From the IMG/VR virus record IMGVR_UViG_3300022748_000002: 62,675 nt of DNA; one strand, 5' to 3'. This stretch comes from a virus. Positions 42,391 through 48,829 of the stretch are shown here, piece by piece. The first letter of the stretch is position 1. Each line of letters starts with the position of its first letter. A program made the translations under genes and the position numbers. The notes beneath the pieces are model-generated. The model saw nothing but the letters and a program-made list of their open reading frames with translations, had not been told where the DNA came from and searched no databases.

Positions 42391-42475
42391 ATTGAAAAAT
42401 ACAATTGGACCGGCATTGTCTCTGTGATAATATTCAACCCGTCGCAACGTCGCGACGTTTAGAAAGGATAGAGAA
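42391..42475 (+). promoter_or_regulatory. Cassette copy D: promoter, hairpin, leader
   Basis: TTGGAC (42405-10), 17 nt, TGA-TAATAT (42428-33). Hairpin CGTCGC-AACGTC-GCGACG (42440-57). TAGAAAGGATAGAGAA-ATG. Confidence 0.6.
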
Positions 42476-43135
42476 ATGGCCCACGTTTACGAATCAAAAG
42501 AAATGCGTCACGGTTTCCGCGTTGAAGTCCTGCAGGATGAATGCGCGGAAAGTCCCCGCGAATGGGACAACGTCGGCACGATTGTGATTGGCGACCGCGT
42601 CCGGTATAACGTCGGCGACCGTGCTGCACCGGTGGCCCAGATCGACGCATTGTGCAAAGATCCCCAAAATATCTGGCTGCCCGTTTATATGCTGGATCAT
42701 TCAGGCATTCGCCTGAATACTTCGGGCTTCGGCTGCCCATGGGATAGCGGGCAGGTCGGCATTATCTACACCACGAAGGCGCGCGCGGTGCAGGAATGGG
42801 GCGGGAAAGTATGCACCGCGAAGGTACGCGCGGCCGCACTGGAATGCCTGCGGGCCGAAGTGGCCGCGCTGGATCAATTCGTGGCCGGCGACGTTTATTT
42901 TTACCGCGTGCAGGACGCCGAAGGCGACACCGTCGACGCGTGCCACGGTTATTACGGGACCGCCGACGCATTGGCCGAAGGTATCGCGGCCGCAGAGTAT
43001 CACGTGGCAGCGGTGGACGGTTTCCACGCATTGCAGGCCGAAAAAGCCGCGGCCCAATTTCATGCGGCCATTGTCGACCGCCTGCAGGCGTCGCCCAGCT
43101 GGGTCGCTGATCATGTGATTGTCCGCCACGTATGA
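42476..43135 (+). CDS. Conserved-looking phage/plasmid protein of unknown function (219 aa)
   Basis: ATG after cassette D. The motifs ESPREWDN...GD...YMLDHSGIRL...CPWDSGQVGIIY recall a widespread family with no known function. Confidence 0.65.
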   Translation: MAHVYESKEMRHGFRVEVLQDECAESPREWDNVGTIVIGDRVRYNVGDRAAPVAQIDALCKDPQNIWLPVYMLDHSGIRLNTSGFGCPWDSGQVGIIYTTKARAVQEWGGKVCTAKVRAAALECLRAEVAALDQFVAGDVYFYRVQDAEGDTVDACHGYYGTADALAEGIAAAEYHVAAVDGFHALQAEKAAAQFHAAIVDRLQASPSWVADHVIVRHV

Positions 43136-43335
43136 CGGCCAGCCACTACACCGCCGACGGGCTTTGTCCCGTCCACAATACCCGCGCGGTCGGCATGGTG
43201 CAGGAATTGCCGGCCCAATGGGCAGGCGTTTGCCCATACTGCGCGCGACGCATTACCACGGCCACCCAGCCCGCGTGGCTATCGCCTGCACCCGACCGAT
43301 TGAAAAATACAATTGGACCGGCTTTGTCGGCGTGA
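43132..43335 (+). CDS. Possible small zinc-binding protein (67 aa)
   Basis: ATGA overlap. CPVH...CPYC. The 3' end runs into cassette E, with the stop inside the promoter spacer. Confidence 0.4.
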   Translation: MTASHYTADGLCPVHNTRAVGMVQELPAQWAGVCPYCARRITTATQPAWLSPAPDRLKNTIGPALSA

Positions 43336-43383
43336 TAATATTCACCCCGTCGCAACGTCGCGACGATTAGAAAGGATAGAGAA
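43299..43383 (+). promoter_or_regulatory. Cassette copy E: promoter, hairpin, leader
   Basis: TTGGAC (43313-18), 17 nt, TGA-TAATAT (43336-41). Hairpin CGTCGC-AACGTC-GCGACG (43348-65). TAGAAAGGATAGAGAA-ATG. Confidence 0.6.
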
Positions 43384-43815
43384 ATGGGAAATCGTGCAGT
43401 TATCACAATTGGCCAGACATTCAACCCAGCGGCCGTGGGCGTTTATTTGCATTGGAATGGCGGACGCGCCAGCGTTGAAGGCTTTTTAAAAGCCGCGCGC
43501 CTGCTGGAATATCGCAGCCCAGCTGCGGACCCGTCCTATTCATTCGCCCGATTGGTGGCCGTCATTGGTGCATTTTTCCCCGACGGTTTATCTGTCGGCG
43601 TCGGCACCTGCACGCAGCTGGACTGCGACAATGGCGACAATGGCACCTATTTGATCGGCGACGATTGGCAGATTGTCGGCCGCCACTTTCACAGTGGCCC
43701 CGAAGAGATAAACCCAGAGAAGTCGGACGCGATAGCCGCGGCCATTGTTGAACGACTGCAGGCCGTGCAGTCCACCGCCGACGATCAGGACAAAAAAGAA
43801 AGGGCCGCAGCATGA
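43384..43815 (+). CDS. Hypothetical protein (143 aa)
   Basis: ATG after cassette E. MGNRAVITIG...GVYLHWNGGRASVEGFL...DCDNGDNGTYLIG. Confidence 0.65.
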   Translation: MGNRAVITIGQTFNPAAVGVYLHWNGGRASVEGFLKAARLLEYRSPAADPSYSFARLVAVIGAFFPDGLSVGVGTCTQLDCDNGDNGTYLIGDDWQIVGRHFHSGPEEINPEKSDAIAAAIVERLQAVQSTADDQDKKERAAA

Positions 43816-43970
43816 TCTACATACAACGACGCGACCGCGCCCAGCTGGAAACCGTGGACGAATTCCCGACAATGCGCGAAGCCCGTGCAATGCTGCAGGA
43901 ATACCGCACGGCCGACCCGTCCGCGGACTATTACCTAAGCCGACGCGCCTGCAGAGCGTGGCACGAATAA
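43812..43970 (+). CDS. Hypothetical protein (52 aa)
   Basis: Not in the track. ATGA overlap. MIYIQRRDRAQLETVDEFPTMREARAMLQEYRTADPSADYYLSRRACRAWHE. Followed by an intrinsic terminator. Confidence 0.45.
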   Translation: MIYIQRRDRAQLETVDEFPTMREARAMLQEYRTADPSADYYLSRRACRAWHE

Positions 43971-43991
43971 CCCAGCCGATACCGGCCACCC

Positions 43992-44015
43992 AGCCCGCAC
44001 AATGCGGGCTTTTTT
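43992..44015 (+). terminator. Intrinsic terminator ending the 39.1-44.0 kb unit
   Basis: AGCCCGCA-CAA-TGCGGGCT followed by a T-run. Confidence 0.75.
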
Positions 44016-44036
44016 GCGTCCGCGGTTAACCTGCGG

Positions 44037-44057
44037 TAATTGGGGACAGATCAACCG
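44037..44057 (+). repeat. 21-bp direct repeat, copy 1 (TAATTGGGGACAGATCAACCG)
   Basis: Identical to 44082-44102. Confidence 0.9.
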
Positions 44058-44081
44058 CACGGCCACGGGGGAAACGCTGAA

Positions 44082-44102
44082 TAATTGGGGACAGATCAAC
44101 CG
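44082..44102 (+). repeat. 21-bp direct repeat, copy 2
   Basis: Identical to 44037-44057. 45-bp period. Confidence 0.9.
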
Positions 44103-44163
44103 GTAAACTGCAGCCCGTAAACTAGGCCCACGGGCCCCGCACGGTCGACGCCTGAAACGTGGG

Positions 44164-44392
44164 CCACGGGCCCCGACCCGCCGGCCACGGCCCCCGGTCC
44201 GCCCAGCTGGACCCCTGCGCAGCGGCCCACGGGGCACCGGCCACGGCCACCGCACCCAGTACCCCGCACCGCTGGCCACGCCACCCCAGCCACGGCCCAC
44301 GATCCCCGACGCATGCACCACGCACCGCGCGCCCAGCCACCACGCCCACGCCCAGCGGTCCACGGGGCATGGGCCCAGCGGCCGCACCACGC
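44164..44392 (+). repeat. Degenerate heptanucleotide array (CCACG[GCA]N and CCNNNNN units), C-rich on the + strand
   Basis: CCACG[GCA] starts at 44164, 44185, 44227, 44241, 44276, 44290, 44297, 44318, 44346 and 44360, all congruent modulo 7. Most of the other in-register heptads begin with CC. Confidence 0.8.
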
Positions 44393-44584
44393 ACCGCGGA
44401 CCCCGACGCCCGAAGGGGGGAGGGCCATAAACGGCCCCGGTCCGCGCGGGCCAGCCTCCGCCCATGTTTCTGACATAGGATTTGTCCATAAATACTTATC
44501 AGTAAAATAGCGAACCCACCCCCTTGTTTAGAAAAAGGCTAGGGTGGGGTAATATATAAAAATTCCAGAACCTGAGGGTCTGCC

Positions 44585-46051
44585 ATGGCATACGCACCTG
44601 CTGACATTGAAGAAGAACGACTGCGCCTCGAGCTACGGCTCAAGCTCCTTGAAACGCACGAGCGCGCAACAACCAAATTCATCGACTTTTGCCAATACGT
44701 TTGGCCTGAAATGCTGGTCGGTGAGCACCATCGGATCATCGCGGACAAGTTCGACCGCGTCATCAGCGGCGACTGCAAACGCCTGATCATTGCCATGCCG
44801 CCCCGGCACGGTAAATCCCAGCTCGGGAGCTACTTGTTCCCCGCCTACTTGATGGGCCGCCTGCCTCAATCCAAGCTGATCGTCGGTTCGCACACCGCGG
44901 AGCTCGCTCAACGCTTCGGCCGGATGATCCGAAACCTCGTGGACGACGAAAAGTACAAAGAGCTCTTTCCAAACATGCTCCTGTCTGCCGACTCCAAGGC
45001 CGCCGGACGGTGGAACACGGCCCAAGGCGGGGAAGCCTTCTTCATCGGTAAGGGCGGCGCGATGACCGGGCGCGGCGGCGACATCATCATTTTGGACGAC
45101 ATCTTGGACGAACAGGATGCCAACTCTGAAACCGCGATGGAAAGCACGTGGGACTGGTACGAATCCGGCCCTCGTCAGCGTTTGCAACCGGGCGGCGCAA
45201 TCATCCTGATCAACACCCGCTGGAAAACAGACGATCCTGCCGGCCGCTTGATCAAGATGCAGAAAAACCTCAAGGCGGACCAGTGGGAGGTCTTGGAATT
45301 TCCTGCGATCCTGCCCTCTGGCAAGCCCCTTTGGCCGGGGTACTGGAAGATCGACGAATTGGAGAAGGTCAAGTTCTCCATCGGCCTGCCAAAATGGAAC
45401 GCCCAGTGGCAACAACAGCCGACCAACGCTGAGGGCGCGATCCTGAAGCGCGAATGGTGGCGCAAGTGGCAGTATTCGGAGCCACCATCCTGCGAGTACA
45501 TCCTGCAGTGCATGGACACGGCCTACTCCAAGAAGGAAACGGCTGACTTTTCCGTGATCAGCACTTGGGGCGTGTTCTATCCTGACGCGGATTCGGGTCC
45601 GAACCTCATCTTGTTGAACGTGCGCAAAGGTCGCTGGGATTTCCCAGAGCTCAAACGCGTCGCACGGGACGAGTACCAGTATTGGAAACCCGACAACGTC
45701 TTGATCGAGGCCAAAGCTACTGGCACGCCGCTGCAGCAAGAACTCCGAAAACTCGGAATCCCTGTCACCATGTACTCGCCCGGCGGGCGGCGCACGGGGC
45801 AAGACAAGATCAGCCGCGCCAACTCTGTTGCACCAATTCTGGAGTCCGGCATGGTCTGGTATCCGGAGGATCAGGAGTGGGCCGATGAGATGGTGGAGGA
45901 GTGCGCGGCGTTTCCCAACGGATCGAACGATGACCAAGTGGACACCGCGGTCATGGCTTGGAACCGGTTCCGCCAAGGCGGGTTTATCTCGCTCAAGGAT
46001 GACGAGTGGGACGAGCCAGAGGTCACGAACGCCCCTGTTGAGTATTACTGA
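44585..46051 (+). CDS. terL: Terminase large subunit (488 aa)
   Basis: Walker A IIAMPPRHGKSQ, Walker B GGDIIILDD, and a C-terminal RNaseH-like nuclease region (CMDTAYSKKETADFSV...NDDQVD). Confidence 0.85.
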   Translation: MAYAPADIEEERLRLELRLKLLETHERATTKFIDFCQYVWPEMLVGEHHRIIADKFDRVISGDCKRLIIAMPPRHGKSQLGSYLFPAYLMGRLPQSKLIVGSHTAELAQRFGRMIRNLVDDEKYKELFPNMLLSADSKAAGRWNTAQGGEAFFIGKGGAMTGRGGDIIILDDILDEQDANSETAMESTWDWYESGPRQRLQPGGAIILINTRWKTDDPAGRLIKMQKNLKADQWEVLEFPAILPSGKPLWPGYWKIDELEKVKFSIGLPKWNAQWQQQPTNAEGAILKREWWRKWQYSEPPSCEYILQCMDTAYSKKETADFSVISTWGVFYPDADSGPNLILLNVRKGRWDFPELKRVARDEYQYWKPDNVLIEAKATGTPLQQELRKLGIPVTMYSPGGRRTGQDKISRANSVAPILESGMVWYPEDQEWADEMVEECAAFPNGSNDDQVDTAVMAWNRFRQGGFISLKDDEWDEPEVTNAPVEYY

Positions 46052-46096
46052 TTTGGGCCATAAAATGTCTGCAACTCCCACCTAGGACCGCGGACC

Positions 46097-48820
46097 ATGG
46101 CCAACGAACAACTCAACCAGCTACTTGACGATGCGATTGCGCGTCACGATGAAACTCTTGCTCAGTTCGGGGGCCCCGCTCCTGTGCACTTGGCTTCTGG
46201 TGGTATCCCCTTTGTTCCGCGTGCGGTGATGTCGGGCACGGCGCGCGATGAGTTGCAGGCCATCAAGGATCAGTGGGATGCGTACACTCCGCAGGCTCAA
46301 GCCTACAACGATGCTTTGAACAAGTGGAAGACTGAGACCTACGAGCCCTACATCGCTGCGGTGGACAAGTACAACGCTGATGCGGCGACCTATAACGCCG
46401 GTCCGCGGACCACGGCTTTTGCTGCAACAGCCCCCACGGCCATCCAAGATTTCAGCATGGCTGCCCCCAAGGCTCCTGAAATCACGCAAGAGCAGTACCA
46501 AGCCAAAGCCGATGCTGCCAACGCTGCACTCAAGGGCCGCCAGATGGGCATCGATGCGTTCACCGATCCTGATCGGTTCAATCTGAGCATCAACTCCCAT
46601 TTTGCTGATGGCGGGGAAGTAGGCGAGGTCAAGGAACCGTGGCTCCCGCAGGTCTCCACCTATTCCGAACTCACCGCGCAGGACATGTATCCCGGCCAGC
46701 AAGGTCAGTACGACCAGCGCGACGCGGCCCGTCACATGTTGGCGGCCGGCACTTTGGCCCGCAAGTACGGCCCAACAGCCGCGGAGATGATGGGCAAGGC
46801 GCATGAGATCACCACCTCTCCCTTCCGCTACATTGGCTCAAAGCTCGGCATCAGCCAAATGCCTGTTGATTACGAGCAGGATTTGCACAACAACCAGATC
46901 GGTATTGAACTGGCCCGCCGGTCCAAGAGCCAAAAAGATTTGGAAGACTTGGTCCAGCAGATGGCCGAGCAGCACCGCACCAGCCAAACGCAAGGCCAAG
47001 CTTGGACAGGCAAGCCTGTGCGCAAGCGCGCGGACGGCAGCCCCGAGTACGGCGAGATTCCCACTGGCGGAATCACCGAAGACACACGCACAACTCTTGC
47101 ACAGCCAATCACGGCCCGCGGAGCTTTGCAAGCGCTGAAGGATGTGGGCACAGATGTTGGTCGCGGCGCGCTCAGTAATGCGGAGTCCTTGGCCCGCGGA
47201 GCTTTGTCCGTGGTCCCCGGATCAATCGGCGATTTGGAAGCGCTGGCACGCAAGGGCATCAACTGGTCGTTTGGTCCCGGTGGCGTCAAGGTCAGCGAGA
47301 AGACCTACGCGCCCACCAGCGAAGAGATTCGCGCCTCTGTTCCACGTGAAACACCACTGCGTCCAGAGAGTGCGGGCATGGAGTCTTTGGGCGAGATTAT
47401 GTCGCCCGGGTTTGCCAAAGCAACCAAAGGAATGCCTGTTGGCATGGCCGTGCGCCCCGTGGGTGGCGGCACATCATTCACCGGCACTGTGTACGGCGAC
47501 AAGATGATGTCCAAGATGGATGAGATGGTCTACAATGGTCAGACTTCCGGCCTGTCGGAAGTTGGACCGGAACTCAAGGACGCGATCACCAAATTCTGGG
47601 AAGGCAAGGCCAAGAACTACTTGACCCGCCAGATGGGCACCGCGGACGATCCGATCTTCAACGCAATTTTGCGCAAGGACATCAAAGGTTCCCGCGTGGA
47701 AGAGCACTTCCCAGAAGACCGCCTCGATGCGGCCCTGATGGGCAAGACCCGCGTCAATCCAGAAACAGGCGAAGAACGCTTCTTTCCCAAGTATCCAAAC
47801 GTCATTCCCGCCCTGACCAAGGCTTACGACGAGCTGACCGGCATCAAGGGCGTGTCTTTTGACAAGGGCGCGGCCGACGCACGGTGGACAAATATCTTGT
47901 CTGATGAAGCACGGGTCAAGGAACGCTTGATGAATGAGCAGATGATCGACAAGATCATGGGTCAGACCAACTTGCCGCCTAACCGCATCAATCCCAGTGT
48001 GCACATCACAGGGCCAAAGGCTGACGACGTTGAAAGTTTGGTCAATTCTCCCGGTGATCGGTTCAAGCAACTGCACCAGTCGTACCTGCACCAGCAAAGA
48101 ACACCCAACGAAGAGGTCGTTCCGCAGCATTTACGGCAGGCGATTGAGTCAGGCGAGCCTATTTACGACATTGCACCGCGCGGAATTCTGTCCGACGTCC
48201 TGTCTCCGGACAACATCAACAAGTATTTGAAGACCTTGGACCCCAAGCAGATCGAAAAAATGCGCTTTGATGACGTGGTCAAGAACTCGGCCAAGTACAA
48301 CATGAAGCTTTTTGCTCGTGCAGACTTGGAGCGCGACATCCGAAACGGAAAACGAGTGCCAAATTCAGTGTTTGAAGAGGGTGTGAGCAAGCCAATCATG
48401 CAGTTTGGCGAAGATTCCAGCCACCCCGGCTTTGCTTGGAAGCGGATTGAGAAGGATGAGTCCACTGTTCCGGAAGGCGCGTACCTCGGCCACTCTGTTG
48501 GTGGCTACGCACCCGGCGGAATGTACGGCCCAGAGAAGAACAAGCTGTTCAACGAGGGCAAATATCAGGTGTACACTTTGCGCGACAACAACAACCGCCC
48601 AGTGAACACCATTGAGGTGCGCATGGATTCGGAGAACGCCCCTGTTGTGACACAAATCAAGGGCAATGGACGCGCAACCGGCAACACTGCCCCGACCGAC
48701 TATGATCAGCTGGTCAAAGAGTTCTTGATCAAACAAATCAAACCCGTCAGAATCACGGAATTCGATAAATTTCTCACGCCTTCTCTCATTAATTTGAAGA
48801 ACAGCTTGCCCGGACAGTAA
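46097..48820 (+). CDS. Large protein of unknown function between terL and portal (907 aa), C-terminal PcfJ-like region
   Basis: The C-terminal EGAYLGHSVGGY...YQVYTLRDNNNRPVNTIEV...VTQIKGNGRA resembles PcfJ-like domains, from recollection. Mid-N region RDAARHMLAAGTLARKYG...AHE...DLHNNQIGIELA. Also contains LASGGIPF and FADGGEV motifs. Confidence 0.6.
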   Translation: MANEQLNQLLDDAIARHDETLAQFGGPAPVHLASGGIPFVPRAVMSGTARDELQAIKDQWDAYTPQAQAYNDALNKWKTETYEPYIAAVDKYNADAATYNAGPRTTAFAATAPTAIQDFSMAAPKAPEITQEQYQAKADAANAALKGRQMGIDAFTDPDRFNLSINSHFADGGEVGEVKEPWLPQVSTYSELTAQDMYPGQQGQYDQRDAARHMLAAGTLARKYGPTAAEMMGKAHEITTSPFRYIGSKLGISQMPVDYEQDLHNNQIGIELARRSKSQKDLEDLVQQMAEQHRTSQTQGQAWTGKPVRKRADGSPEYGEIPTGGITEDTRTTLAQPITARGALQALKDVGTDVGRGALSNAESLARGALSVVPGSIGDLEALARKGINWSFGPGGVKVSEKTYAPTSEEIRASVPRETPLRPESAGMESLGEIMSPGFAKATKGMPVGMAVRPVGGGTSFTGTVYGDKMMSKMDEMVYNGQTSGLSEVGPELKDAITKFWEGKAKNYLTRQMGTADDPIFNAILRKDIKGSRVEEHFPEDRLDAALMGKTRVNPETGEERFFPKYPNVIPALTKAYDELTGIKGVSFDKGAADARWTNILSDEARVKERLMNEQMIDKIMGQTNLPPNRINPSVHITGPKADDVESLVNSPGDRFKQLHQSYLHQQRTPNEEVVPQHLRQAIESGEPIYDIAPRGILSDVLSPDNINKYLKTLDPKQIEKMRFDDVVKNSAKYNMKLFARADLERDIRNGKRVPNSVFEEGVSKPIMQFGEDSSHPGFAWKRIEKDESTVPEGAYLGHSVGGYAPGGMYGPEKNKLFNEGKYQVYTLRDNNNRPVNTIEVRMDSENAPVVTQIKGNGRATGNTAPTDYDQLVKEFLIKQIKPVRITEFDKFLTPSLINLKNSLPGQ

Positions 48821-48829
48821 GGAATACAC

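Noticed and set aside
40711-43386. Could the evenly recurring ~85-bp repeats be a CRISPR array or a satellite?
   Set aside because: The repeat units are 360-900 bp apart and are separated by real protein-coding genes. Each unit has promoter and SD anatomy directly abutting an ATG. No cas genes are present.
43935-44489. Track ORFs inside the C-rich block: 184 aa and 126 aa on the minus strand, 104 aa on the plus strand (44159-44473) with GHGPRPA-type 7-aa periodicity.
   Set aside because: Several frames on both strands are open at once. That is expected where A/T-rich stop codons cannot occur. The products are Pro/Arg/Gly/Trp low-complexity sequences, and no SD or ATG context exists (the plus ORF needs a GTG with no SD). 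I treat the block as non-coding. The 7-aa periodicity is just the 7-bp DNA register.
39100-44584. A claim that the 39-44.5 kb segment is a compositional (higher-GC) island.
   Set aside because: My hand counts of 60-nt samples gave 60-70 percent GC there. Parts of terL, the 46097 ORF and the 5058 ORF gave similar values (60-70 percent), while other samples gave 43-52 percent. Spot counts cannot support an island boundary. A windowed GC3 and codon-usage computation is needed.
44633-46081. A 482-aa minus-strand ORF antisense to terL, and similar long antisense ORFs at 5124-6272, 9672-10679, 10740-12158, 14398-15432, 54177-55349 and 54958-55992.
   Set aside because: These are shadow ORFs of GC-rich coding regions. 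The sense strand carries recognisable motifs or SD-linked starts. The antisense products are Arg/Gly/His-rich with unnatural composition.
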